DNA from: Octopus sinensis | Lineage: Eukaryota | NCBI RefSeq assembly: GCF_006345805.1 | Contig: NC_043023.1 | Span: 310,001 to 374,000, forward strand | DNA length: 64,000 bases | Direction: 5' to 3' | In this document: positions 9,866 through 22,877 of the stretch, piece after piece | Layout: each line of letters starts with the position of its first letter | Numbering within the stretch: position 1 is the first letter of the stretch | Program-made: the position numbers and the translations under genes | The notes under the pieces: generated by a model | Databases searched by the model: none | The model's input: the letters and a program-made list of their open reading frames with translations, nothing else | What the model was told of the DNA's origin: nothing

Positions 9866-12519
9866 TCTCGTGTGTCTACCGAGGTTGACTTTGCTTTTCA
9901 TCCTATTGTATTTGATAAAATAAATACCAGTCATGTACTCAGGTCGATTTATTCAACTCCTCTTTCCCTTGAAATTGTTGGCCTTTACTGCTGTTGTTGT
10001 TGTTGTTGTTACTGCAGTTGTTATTATTGATGCTGTTGTTGTTGCTGTTGTTGTTGTTGCTGTTGTAGCTGTAGTTAACTCCATTATTATTCCATTTATT
10101 GTTGTAATGCTTGTTTAAATGTGTAAGTATGTTATATGGTAGGAATTTGATATGAGAAAAAAAGCGAGAAAGGCGTGAGAGAGAGAGAGAGAGAGAGGGA
10201 AGCCACGCGCCTCCACGAGGGTAGAAATGGTCCACATTACTTTGGTTCTTATCCTTTGATCTGTCCAGTACGGGAGGCTCAGCTGAGCTTGTACTCGGTG
10301 GAGTCCATCCGAGTAAAATAGGAATCAAAGGGGTCCCTTTATAAAAGAAATGGGAGCCCCTGCATCTCTACCAATTGAACTCCTGTATACAATTCTGCTG
10401 AGTGGGGTCACAATACTCTTAAGAGGGTGACAATGGAGATTTCTGGTATTCGTCATTATTGTCGGTTTTAAACCGATCCTAGGAATTGATAACTATTTCA
10501 TTGTATCGACCCAAAAGGATGAAAAGCAAAATCACCTTCGGCGGGATTTGAACCGAAAACGCAAAGAAATGTCGCAACACATTTCTCCAGACGCTCTAAT
10601 AACTCTGCCAATTCCATTCCCGTTATACAATTCTACAGAATAGGGTCATATCGCCCTCAAGAGGGCGCCAGCAGTGATTTCTGATATCGGTCACAAGGGT
10701 AATTAATGAAAGAAACATTAACAGGACAGATTACATAAAAAAGGGTCTCCAAAACACGTGTTGAGGGCAATAAAGACGGAAAACTCGACAGAGATAAACG
10801 GAGATGATGAATTAAAATTCCTTTGCTCTTAATAATATACATAACCGAAATTCCATCACATGGTCCGTCCTGACACTCCAGGCCCCTACCTAACCTGCCC
10901 TTACCCAGTACCCAATGAATAATCACGTCTCCGCCGCTGTTATTACTACTGTTGGTTTCACCACCGCCGACGCCGCCACCAGACGATTCAGCAACAGACG
11001 GGAATTTTAACTACAATTCCTTTGAAACACTCTGTACCACCACCACCACACCACCACCACCACCACCACCACCACCACCACCATCACCACCACCACCACC
11101 ACCACCACCACCATTACAACCATCAACGGCAACCCTCCTCCACACAAATCTCACAACCACTATCAACATCAACACCACCACGACCATCACCTTCCACCGA
11201 CCCCTTCCAATGTCTGATTCCTTTACATACACGCCGCTGCTACAGCTGCTCTCGAACCCTAACCCCTTACCCGTTTTTCCCATTCCTCCGCGTCCCCTTG
11301 CTCATCACCGTTCCTACATCGACAGCACCGATCCCCTAATTTATTTACAATTTATTTATTTATTTAGGGATAAGACGAGCGGAGGAAAGGGTTGGAGGTT
11401 TCGAGAGTTCTAAGAAGCTCCCTCCACCACGAGCCCCACCGTCTTAATCGCACGCATCCCCTGCTACTCTTCTCCCTCCTGCGACCCCCCCTCACCGAGT
11501 CCAACGAAACAATTTCCAAGACAGAAACAGGCAAGAACCGCAATCAATTTTGAAGCAACAACTGAAGCAGGGGAACAAACTGTAATATAATTGGCAACAA
11601 AACGGACAGAGATTCTCTCGCACCGCCGCCATCAACAAATCTCCCCAACCCACCATCATAACAAGACTGCGACGCCAACCCCACCACTATTTCCGCCGCC
11701 GCCGCTGTCACTGCTGCCTCTTCCAAGGATAAATCCCATCTTATCTCCAGCCATCTTTGTCTGCGATGCCACCGTCACGTCCGTCTGTCTAGAAGATATT
11801 TGCTTCAGACTCATCGCTAACATTACCGACACCACCGTCATCACCATAACAACTGCCGCCGCCGCCGCCATTTTACTATCACCAAGATGTGTTCTGTAGA
11901 CCTTAAACCTCACCAGCTCTAAGCACAAGTGCCACTACAACCGACACCATCACATCACCAGCATCAACACCACCACCACAATGAAGGCCACTACTGCCTT
12001 TGCTATCATTACGCACCAAGCGGTGAACTGCAGCCCTTAAAACTCGCCACCACCACCACCACCCCAACCAGTAGCTGCGGCACGTTTCCTATCGTCTTTT
12101 AACCATTATTACACAGGCATCTTACTGTAGTTCAGCCCTTGCACCTGCCCAACACAACCGGAACAATCTAGAAATATGGAATAAGAAGGGGGCAGGAATA
12201 TTGTAATTAAGACAACGGGGGCGAGTGGAAGAGGAGGAGGAGGAGGAAGTAGAAAGGGAACAGAAGCACGATGGGAAAGGATGAAGAAAAATAACAACCA
12301 CAACAGCATTACTCTACTACTACCACTACTACTATTACTACTACTACTATTACTACTACTACTATTACTACTACTACAACTACTACTACAACTGCAACTA
12401 CTACTGCTACTACCACTGCTACTAATAATAATAATAAAAGAAGCGGAGGAAGAGAACGATTACAACTGGCACAAGAGTGAATATGACAAAGAAGGGAGAA
12501 AAAAAGAGACAAGCAGAGT

Positions 12520-12560
<41 letters not shown>

Positions 12561-13227
12561 TGGGGGGACGGAGAGATAAAGGGAAACAGAGGAATGAAGA
12601 GGACGAGACAAAGAAGGGAAGAGGAAATAAAAACGGTGTAAGAGGTTGAAGATGAGTAAAGGAAAGAAGGGAAAGATGAAAGGAAAAAGAGGCTGAAGAA
12701 GAAGGAGAAGAATCGGAAGGAGGTGGAGGAGGAGATGTTAGCAAAGGTAGAGGTAGAAGGGAACAGGAAACGAAAGGAATCAGAAGAAAGAAAAAGATGG
12801 AATAAAAAAAGAAGAGAACGAAAGTATGGGAAAAGAAAGAAAAAGACAAGAGTCGTTGCTGTTGCTGTGAGGTTGATGTGTGTGAAGGGATATAGATGGC
12901 GCTATTGATCCGCTTCTGTTGCTCATCGGTTGTGAGGTTAATGGTGGACAGATGGGATTTCACTGATGAACGATTTGGCCTGTCTCTTAATCTCATAAAT
13001 ACACAGTCCTTTATATATATATATATATTCATATGTGCACTATGGATTAGGTCACCTTCTCTGGGTTGCTATTAAACCTTTTTTAAAATTCTGTGATAAG
13101 ACTGTACATCATCTTTAAAGAACTTTAATGAACTTTGGATATCTGTTTATGTTTATGTTACTTAATTATCTTCATTACTTCATGAGTATAGCCTCAACCA
13201 CTAGGATGTCTAGAGAACGCACATGTA

Positions 13228-13318
13228 TTTTAGCTGATGAGTACGGGACACGTTTATATGCTGTAATTTTTGCAACTTTTAATAAAGCCTGTCCTTGTAT
13301 GAAACGATTGTACTAAAA
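13228..13318 (+). ncRNA. Type-I hammerhead ribozyme motif with long stem II
   Basis: Stem I TTTTAG/CTAAAA (6 bp), intact CTGATGA (13234-13240), stem II GTACGGGACA/TGTCCTTGTAT extended by TTTAT/ATAAA, GAAA (13301-13304), stem III AC-GATT-GT, cleavage triplet GTA (13310-13312). Confidence 0.75.
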
Positions 13319-13374
13319 ACCTATCCATTCTTGTTGCTTCTTTCTCGCGTATATATATATATATATATATATGC

Positions 13375-13690
13375 ACAAGCATGGCATAAGAAACTCGCAT
13401 GCCAACCACATGGTTCCAGGTTCAGTCCCACTGCGTGGCACCTTGGGCAAGTATCTTCTACTATAGCCTCGTAAGTGGATTTAGTAGAGGAAACTGAAAG
13501 AAGCCCGTTGAATATGTGTGTGTGTATATATTTGTGCGTGTCTGTGTTTGTTCCCCCACCATCGCTTAACCGAATTCGGTGTGTTTACGTCCCCGTAACT
13601 TAGCGGTTCGGCAAAAGCGACCGATAGAATAAGTACTAGGCTAACAAAGAATAAGTCCTGGGGTCGAATGACTGAAACAAGTAAGAGAAT
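13375..13690 (+). mobile_element. Family A SINE (internally deleted)
   Basis: Head GGTTCAGTCCCACTGCGTGGCACC and 3' GACTGAAACAAGTAAGAG. Confidence 0.85.
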
Positions 13691-14229
13691 AAATACATAC
13701 GTATATATATTATATAATATATTAATAAATAAAACATATGCATATATATATATACATACCTCTACATGTATATATACACGCATATATGAGTACAGGACAC
13801 CCAAAAAATGTCGAACACAATGAGAAACGAAAACATAGACACAAACCCAAGGAACTGGACATTTTTTTTAAAACAACAAAAAAATAGAGTACAGGACAAT
13901 TAACACAAAGAAAAAAACCTTTTTCAGTCGCCATGGTTTCATCTACTCGACGTTTCGAAGGTGAAGGCGAGACGTATCTTCGATAGAAACATTAAACATT
14001 TTATACATTTGTGCACCAACATATGAGAATGAATGATAATTGTGTAGGAACGTAACAGGGTGGCGATTTACATAAATTGGGGATATTCGAGTTTATTGAC
14101 GTAAGAGGGTCTATGTAAGATATAGAGATGTGAGCTCGCTTAGACGGTGAATTAGCGTAAGACGGGGGTTAAACGATTTTAATTATATCAAACAGACACA
14201 CAATTCGTGCATTGTTTTTCTAGAATGGG

Positions 14230-14670
14230 AATAATAAATATCTGTTTCTTTATTACCCACAAGGGGCTAAACACAGAGGGGACAAGCAAGGACAGACAAA
14301 CGTAACTGGTACTTAATTTATCGACGCTGAAAGGATAAAAGGCAAAGTCGACCTCGGTGGAATTTGAACTCAGAACGTAACGGCAGAAGAAATACTGCTA
14401 AGTATTTCGCCCAGCGTGCTAACGGTTCTGCCAGCTCGCCGCCGTGGGGATAATAAATATCGTTAAGGCGGCGATTTGGCAGAATCGTTAGCACACCGGA
14501 CAAAATACTTGGCGGCATTTCGTCCGTCTTCGTGGTTTGAGTTCAAATTCCGCCGAAGTCAACTTTGCTTATCATCCTCTCGAGGTCGATAAAATAAGAA
14601 CACTGGGGTCGATGTAATCGACTTACCCCACCTCCGGATACTACTGGCATTCTACCAACATTTGAAATCG
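14230..14670. mobile_element. Two divergent family B SINEs (14230-14447 minus, 14464-14670 plus)
   Basis: Head-to-head copies flanking a short spacer. Confidence 0.85.
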
Positions 14671-15356
14671 TTTATAAATATCGGTATCCACACACAGACA
14701 CACACACAGTTATAGAGGCGCACGCACACACACACGCATTTATATGTGTGTGTATATATTGTAATATTTGGTTCTTCTGTCTATAATAATATAACTATTC
14801 CGATGTCACTACGTACGTATGACGTGTTTTTAAAGCAATTCACTAACCAACTATCAGATTCGCTCTGATTTTCTATTTCTTTCTTTTACGTTTCAACAAT
14901 TTACTTCGTTTATATTTAAATTGTTTCGTATCAGTTTACCTTTTAAAGTTGATTTAATTTATTAATTTCCATTTCCAGAAAAATCGACTTTCTTGACATT
15001 TGAAACTCTAATTATTCCATTTCAAATTAGAGGTAGGAGCGAGCAGAATATCAGGTGTTATCTGCTCCGGCGCATTAACCTTTTGAATTCAAATTCTGCC
15101 AAAGTCGACTTAGTTTTGTATTCTTTCGGGTCGATAATATACATATATATTTGGGTCCATGGAATCGACTAGCAACCCCTCTCAAAATGTAGGGTCTTGT
15201 GCCTAAATTAGACTCAATATACATTCTCTAAAATGCATAACGAGTTTAAAATATACAATTGGTATACGCAGCTAAATTTGGAGGCTGTTTAAGCAATGTG
15301 TTCATGGATGGTTCATGCGTTGGATGTAGTGCAGAAGATGGAGCAATAACTTATGA

Positions 15357-15746
15357 AGTGGATGGAGCACTCCGTCGGTTGCGACGATGAGGGTCCCAGC
15401 TGATACGATCAACGGAACAGCTTGCTCGTGATATTAACGTGCAAGTGGCTGAGCACTCCACAGACACGTGTACCCTTAACGTAGTTCTCGGGGATATTCA
15501 GCATGACACAGAGTGTGACAAGGCTGGCCCTTTGAAATACAGGTACAACAGAAACAGGAAGTAAGAGTGAGAGAAAGTTGTGGTGAAAGAGTACAGCAGG
15601 GATCACCACCATCCCCTGCCGGAGCCTCGTGAAGCTTTAGGTGTTTTCGCTCAATAAACACTCACAATGCCCGGTCTGGGAATCGAAACCGCGATCCTCC
15701 GACTGCGAGTCCGCTGCCCTAACCACTAGGCCATTGCGCCTCCACA
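15357..15746 (-). mobile_element. tRNA-derived SINE, family C
   Basis: Minus-strand head GTGGAGGCGCAATGGCCTAGTGGTTAGGG...GGTTTCGATTCC. 3' tail GGCCAGCCTTGTCAC...CAACCGACGGAGTG is shared with 23028-23345. Confidence 0.85.
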
Positions 15747-16792
15747 CAACTTATGAAGTATTCATATACACCCCCTTACATATATTTCTATCTTCGACTG
15801 AATTATTTGCATAAACGTATTCGTATACGTAACGGCGTAACTTTCAGTGCTGGCTCTAATTCCTGTAGCAGATCAATAGAAAAAATCCTTTAAAAAAGTG
15901 ATTTGATTGCACTGCTAACACAGATAGGACACGGTATTGACTTCAATATACTTGGTGGCATAACAAAATGCACCGTCCCGACCAACAATTTTATGTACCT
16001 ACCAGATGGCAGGAATGTGTTTAATATGTAAAATTGGTACAGCCAATTGCGTTAATCTGTTAAATTTGGTTACTATAAGCAATGTGTTCGAGGAGGGTTA
16101 ATGGGTTTCATGGGTGCTGAAGAGGAAGTATAAACTCCTGAAATATGCACGTACACCAATTACCTTTATATAATCAACTTTTGTATTATTTCCTCTAATC
16201 AAATACGCTCACAGATTGCCCCCAGTAGGCCTGAACCCAAAATTACATGATTGCGAAGCGAACTGCTTAGCACACAACCGTGCCTGCGTTCATATAACTA
16301 CACATATATATTTAATATTTTCACCAGGTCTTCATTCTTCAAATAAAGCCCATAACTATGGAACTTAAGACCGCAACATTCAACACAATGTTCCCCAAAG
16401 AGGAACTTCCTGAAACCCTAAAATTCTGCGAGATACTCTGATTACACTGAGCAATTATATGCAACAGAATTTTACAGTCATTTTTCCTGCTGAATTCAAC
16501 ATTATTAATTCAGAAATACACGCTCGATGTATTCACTAAAGTAGGGAATTCCTGACACCTGGAATAATTGGGATTTGAAGATGAATTTCGTCAAAAATAA
16601 ACGTCATTTCTGTTAAAGACGTAATTCATAAAACTTGGTGATGTCTTTTGGATTTAGTATCGCCAGACACTTTCAAAGACAGTTTTATGATTTGTTTAAA
16701 TTCTTACAATATTTAAGATTATTTAGATATCTTTATCTTGTACTTGTTTCAGTCATTAGATATTTCAGGGTATGTTCCAATACTAGAAAAGA

Positions 16793-16825
<33 letters not shown>

Positions 16826-16827
<2 letters not shown>

Positions 16828-17150
16828 AGCAGCGAGAGGACAGAGTTGTTAGAACAACAGACAAAATGCTTAGCAGCATTTCGCCCGGAGTTTAACCCAC
16901 TTTCAGGGTCGGTGAACTAAGTACCAGTTGAGCACTGGCGATCGATATAATCAATTATCCCCCACCAATAAATCAGGACTTGTGCCAATACTAGAGAAGG
17001 ACTACTACTACTACTACTTACTACTACTACTACTACTACTACTAAAAATGCCTTGCGATATTTCGCATGTATACGTTTTGAGTTCAAATCTGAGTGAAGA
17101 GAACTTTGCCTTTCAACTTTAACGAGCTGATAAAATAAAACTCCTTCCCC
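16826..17150 (+). mobile_element. Degenerate family B SINE fragments
   Basis: Partial matches to the head and central domain, separated by (TAC)n. Confidence 0.7.
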
Positions 17151-17782
17151 TAAAACTGAAACTATTATCATTATTAGCAAGTTTTCTGAAAGGTGGGTGA
17201 ATTGTGCAAGAATGGCCAGTATAAATGGACCAATTCTGAGGTTTCGCCTGTAATTGAAAAAGGTATTATAAAAGGAGAAAGGGGCTCTCTATCCCCCTTT
17301 TGACCAGGATCTAGTGGCTTTTATGGGTTTTTCCACGTGAGACCTTTTCTATTGGGAGTTTTTCGTTGTTATACTGCTTTTTACTCGGTTTTTTTTTCAC
17401 AAACGGACAAAATCTTTTGTAACCTTTTGTCCTATTTTGTCCCTTTATGTTTTCCAATCATATTTGTCAGCCCTTCTGGCCAATAAAAAGAATTCATTAT
17501 TATTATTATTATTATTAAAATTCCATATGTTCGTGCTTTTCTTTTTCAAACTGTGAACTTTCTATTTGTTGGATGTTCGTAAATCCGACACCGAGCGGTG
17601 AGGGGAAACCAAGGGTCTCGTTCCGCCTGGTGCTTTAAGCAAATGCCTGCTTTCTTTAAATCGATAATCTCCGCTTGCTCACACAGGAATATACACACAC
17701 CTGGTAACACGTGCGTATATAAATATCCATATATATATGTGTGTGTGTGTATATATATACACACATACGTGTTAACAAGTGC

Positions 17783-17830
<48 letters not shown>

Positions 17831-18125
17831 GCACATATGCATGCGCACACACAGACATCCTTTAGATAATTTCATCTGTCTCGATTTATCCGACGCACAA
17901 CAAACAGAAGACAGCAAATAGAATTCCCTTTCATTTTGAACCAATTTATCTGAGACTGATTGCCATTTAGCAAGTCTCTCTCTCTCACACACACATAATA
18001 AATATACATAATATATATCTATAACGTGGAGTATATATAATAAACACACACATATATACATGCGAGTGTGTATCATGTATATGTGTGTGTGTGAGTTCAT
18101 ACATATATGTATACATATATATATA

Positions 18126-18198
<73 letters not shown>

Positions 18199-18881
18199 AC
18201 CAGACATAGAAGACAAACAGACAGACTGGAAGATCAAATAGAAAATAGTTGTTAAAATTTAGATGTCGTAATTAAGCATTATAGTGGACAGTGGTATTGG
18301 TGCAGTGGTGTTGGTCGTGGCTGTATTAGTAGTGGTGGTCGTGGTGAAGGTAGCGATGGTCGTGGTGGTCGTGGTGGGTTGTTAAAATGGTGGCTTAAGT
18401 GGCGGTTGTCGTGGTCTTGGGGTTTGTTGATGAATTGTTAATCGCTTTTGTTCTTGATGACGGTGACGTTGTGGTTCTTATTATAACTGATGTTGATGGG
18501 GATGGTACTGGTGGTAGTTGTAGACGAAGACAGTGGTTGTGGTGGCTGCAAATAAGTGTGCATGTGTGTATTTGTGTAAACCAGTCATAATCTGTTATTT
18601 GCCTTTAAAGCAATCATTGCTGTTATTGAACTCAAAACACCACTACAGTATTGTTTACAATGTGTTATGTTCCATTTTTCACAAGTCGTCCGAAAATCGG
18701 AGGGAGAAAGCCCAGCTAACGATTAGTGAAATTTCGGCTTCTAATGAGAAAATATTTCACTCCATTTTGAGTATTGAGTAATCACATGTCTGCCTCTTGC
18801 TCATACTAAACTGGTTATAGTTATATATTCGCTATGATAGATCGTTAGCCACTACACATTCTCTATTTTCTCTCCTTGTTC

Positions 18882-18917
18882 CTTTCTGTGGAAGAGCGTA
18901 GGCTCGAAACGTTAAAG
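18882..18917 (+). ncRNA. Minimal hammerhead-like motif with variant core
   Basis: CTTT-CTGTGGA-A-GAGC(GTAG)GCTC-GAA-ACGT-T-AAAG. Stems I and II and the palindromic stem III are present, but core position 6 is T. Confidence 0.45.
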
Positions 18918-19012
18918 ACTTTTTCACTTCCCGAGCGTTAAACTAATAAACTAATACATCTGTTTGTTGTCTACACCACCTGTCTTTTGTTTTTTTGTGA
19001 ATTCTAGCCCCA

Positions 19013-19056
<44 letters not shown>

Positions 19057-19178
19057 AAAAAGAAGTTTGAAAACGCCACTATATAAGAAAAAACGAACCT
19101 TATCAAAAATATTTTAAAAAGTTAAGTGTAATAAAAAAGTTCATAATTGTTTCTACCCACTCGTATACGATCTACATT

Positions 19179-19215
<37 letters not shown>

Positions 19216-19655
19216 ATAATGTGCCCCTGTCTATGCGCATTGAGTGCACTGTATGTGCTTAGTGTGTGTAACAATACATATATAGAACTTAAGACGCACA
19301 CATATATGTGTTTAGGAGTGCATTTAAATACGCATGAATTAAAAGGTCCCGAAGAACCCTTCGTGAGAACGTTCATTTCTGAGTGTAATTCTTCTTATGG
19401 TAGAAACAGCTGAAAGTTAATGAAAATGATTACGCAAATCCTGCTTTTTGTCATTCATTTACACACACACACGCACACAAATATCTATGCACAATCGTCA
19501 ACAGAATACCCTAACCACTAAGCCACGTGCATTATACACACACATACATACGCATATTGCAAACATATCATACACTACACATGTACATATACATTATATA
19601 TATTATTTTATTTTATCTAGTTTCAGCTCACGAGCTGTGGCCATGCTGGGGCACC

Positions 19656-19714
<59 letters not shown>

Positions 19715-20115
19715 CCAAGAGCTACGCAGGTTGCTTATACTTCCACACTCTTCTACACACGTTCACGTACATACATATTTTAAAGACACAAAGACACAGT
19801 CTGTGAGAGGAAGTCCAGAGGGTGCACGGTATCATTCTATCATTTAGACACGATGTAGGGCACAAACTGCACCCCCTACACCGTTCACTTCACACATACA
19901 TGGCAAAAGGGTTCTAGTGTCCCTTGTACACAATACCAGTTCTCATCCCCTGACTCTTAAAGTACCCGCCCCCCCCTCTTCTAACTGTACACATTGCATT
20001 CATTTTGTTTTGACCATTCACTGACTCACCTACCGAGCACACCTGCCATAACCGATATACTTTATAAACACGCCTGTTTGAACTGTTTCTCCGCAGAGTG
20101 AGAAAATGCTGAACA

Positions 20116-20158
20116 ACCTTAATCGATTTTCGAATCTTATTGGACCCTCATCAGAGGC
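20116..20158 (-). ncRNA. Minimal type-I hammerhead ribozyme motif
   Basis: Minus strand GCCT-CTGATGA-GGGTC(CAATAA)GATTC-GAA-AATCGATT-A-AGGT. Core intact, 5-bp stem II, perfect palindrome AATCGATT as stem III, TTA cleavage triplet, 4-bp stem I. Confidence 0.75.
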
Positions 20159-20204
20159 GTCTACACCAATTTGAACAATACCAGAGAAACAAGCAGCCAG
20201 TCTG

Positions 20205-20251
20205 TTTATATACTCAGTAGGTACAACAAAACTGGGGCTATTAATTTGCAT
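20205..20251 (-). promoter_or_regulatory. TATA box (TATATAAA) and octamer (ATGCAAAT) upstream of the hammerhead
   Basis: Minus strand ATGCAAAT at 20251-20244 and TATATAAA at 20212-20205. Confidence 0.35.
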
Positions 20252-20331
20252 ACCGTAAAGGGTTAACACTTTATTTTAAATGTCAGGGGCTTGTCAACGG
20301 GCTTAGTCCATATATATGTTGTTATGAATAG

Positions 20332-20389
<58 letters not shown>

Positions 20390-20424
20390 GTAAATGTAGT
20401 ATGTGACAATTATTCGGTAGCCAA

Positions 20425-20484
20425 GATAAAACTCCAGTTTCGGATGCTAAGGTAGAAATCCACGCCGCTATCTCTTCAGCTATC
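20425..20484 (-). ncRNA. Type-I hammerhead-like motif
   Basis: Minus strand GATAG-CTGAAGA-GAT(A)GC..GTGGA/TCTAC..GCATC-C-GAAA-C-TGGA-GT-T-TTATC. 5-bp stem I, intact core, slightly eroded stem II. Confidence 0.6.
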
Positions 20485-20564
20485 CGGCCATCGGAAAAAC
20501 GCTATGAAAAATTATCGTTATACAAAGGAAAATTACTGTGTTGTTGACCGCTATTAAGACAAAA

Positions 20565-20622
<58 letters not shown>

Positions 20623-20667
20623 AAAAGCAACAACGAATTCCAAGGGATACTGTTATTATTATTAGCC

Positions 20668-20892
20668 TGACTAAAGGCGGCAAACCCGGTAAAATTGTTA
20701 GCGCGCTGGACGAAATGCTTAGTAGTATTTCACTCGTCGATACGCTCTGAGCTCAAATTCCGCCGAAGTCGGCTTAGCCCTTCATCCTTTCGGGGTTGAT
20801 AAATTAAGTACCAGTGAAACACTGGGGTCGATGTAATCGACTAGTCTCCTCCTCACAAATTTAAGGCCTTGTGCCTCCAGTAGAAAGGATTA
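20668..20892 (+). mobile_element. Family B SINE
   Basis: Match to 4319-4548, ending AGTAGAAAGGATTATT. Confidence 0.85.
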
Positions 20893-21135
20893 TTAGCTTG
20901 ACTTCCCCAAAAAGTAACAAGTTACAAAGTAGGATGGAAGTTATTGGCTAAAATGTTTCGGACAGTCTTTTGTCAGAAAAGACTTAGAAGAGACAAGGAG
21001 AGAAAAGAAAGGAAGATAGGAATGAGAGAAAAGAGCAAGGAAAAAAAGAAAGGAAGATAGGAATGAGAGAAAAGAGCAAGGAAAAGATGCACGTGGGTTG
21101 TGTTTACGTGTTCGATTTCTGACTTTCGCATTCGA

Positions 21136-21235
21136 NNNNNNNNNNNNNNNNNNNNNNNNNNNNNNNNNNNNNNNNNNNNNNNNNNNNNNNNNNNNNNNNN
21201 NNNNNNNNNNNNNNNNNNNNNNNNNNNNNNNNNNN
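21136..21235. other. Assembly gap (100 N)
   Basis: Run of exactly 100 N. Confidence 0.99.
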
Positions 21236-21408
21236 TTGCACCAACTTGCACCTGTGTGTAGGTGGAGGGAAGTGCATGCATAGCCGAGTAGAAATACGCA
21301 TGTGTGTCGATGTGACCGTGTCTTCGCGATGCACTGAGATTTTAATGTATTGTGTGGTGCCCATATGACTAATGTATGCAAATAGCCGTGCCTATGCATA
21401 CAGGCATA

Positions 21409-21444
<36 letters not shown>

Positions 21445-21821
21445 ATATATGTGTGTGTGTGTGTGTATAAATTTATACGTATACTCGCATACATACACAC
21501 GTATACGGACACACACACATATAGGCATTTATATGTATGCATGTGTGTATATGTATGTCCGTTCGTCCTTCGGTTCGAAGATGACCAACTGACTTCATCT
21601 GATGGAACTGCCGCCATGAGACCATGTGTGTATATATGTATATACACACATGCATTAATATACATGCATACACACGCATATATACATACCCATACACACA
21701 TATATACATGCACACCGTTATACACACACACACACGCACACCGTTATACACACACACACCGTTACACGCACACACACATGCACACAGTTATACACACACA
21801 CACATGCACACCGTTATATAT

Positions 21822-21853
<32 letters not shown>

Positions 21854-21909
21854 TACACATACGCACCCATGCACACACACATACCTATACTCGTATATAT
21901 AGATATATA

Positions 21910-22274
21910 CACTACCGTCAGAAATTAATTAGCACCCTTGATTTGCTCTTCACTCAAGGTATGTGCGGTCACCTAGTGGCCATATCTCGAACTATGCTTT
22001 GTTGCGAGTTCACTGTTGCGCAGAACGATGACGTAACTTTGTTTGCAGAGCAGTTTGAGAGTCTACAGCCTTATGATGTTGACATAGCAGTGCAACAACT
22101 TGGAGTGCGGATGCAGACAAACTTCTTTGTTAATAGAATAGGTAGCCTCGCAAGGAATCACACCATACTAAGTTTTCTCATCGCGTAAGACGTTTTGAAC
22201 AGCTCATAGGTTAATTGATTTAACCTATTTAATGTAGAAATTTGAGAAGTGCTAATTAATTTCTGACGCAAGTG
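21910..22274. mobile_element. Tc1/mariner-type MITE with 26-bp TIRs and TA target duplication
   Basis: TA|CACTACCGTCAGAAATTAATTAGCAC ... GTGCTAATTAATTTCTGACGCAAGTG|TA; TIRs are 24/26 identical. Confidence 0.85.
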
Positions 22275-22877
22275 TACATATACACATATGTTGATAGATA
22301 CATATATGTATATTCATGTATATGTATGTTCGTACGTATATGCATGTTTGAGAGAAAGAATAGGATATAATTCTCACCGCGTATTACACGCTTTCATTTA
22401 TGCAAAATTTCGATTTTAGGCGATGTTTATTTTCCAGTCAATGACCCCATAAAATTCTGTGTGTTTTAGTAATGTCAACTATATTTCTTATCGATATTAA
22501 ATGGAAAGCAATTCGCAGTCATGCTTGGTTAATTAATTTACAAGAATAATTAACGGTGTCACTAAATGTAATTACATTTTCCCAATGTTTTTCATTGCCC
22601 AAAATTATGGAAGCCCAAAATTATGACAATGGATACAAAAACGGAAAGATACCAGAGATTAAGAAACACGAGAAAAAAAAATCCTTATGAAAGATGAAAC
22701 TAGAACACAGTCGTGTTAAAGCCGGTTTCACACACACACACACACACACACACAAGTGTTTAATAACAGTCTGACTCAGCGGTGGACATGTTCTTTTCAT
22801 TAGACATTCGGGGAAGAGTGAGAGATCTGAGACAAATTCAAGGTAACTTCTAGGTGCAAGACTTCATTCTTCTATTA

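Noticed and set aside
12850-13010. Minus-strand frame DCVFMRLRDRPNRSS...QQQQRLLSFSFF that reads like a terminal exon with a hydrophobic tail
   Set aside because: No polypyrimidine acceptor, no recognisable family, and the hydrophobic part is just the complement of a GA-rich tract.
13281-13286. AATAAA as a poly(A) signal
   Set aside because: It lies inside the paired stem II of the hammerhead and there is no upstream gene evidence.
13940-13992. Minus-strand CGAAGA...CGAAACGTC hammerhead-like remnant
   Set aside because: The C3/U4 core and stems I and II are too eroded to call; at most a dead relic.
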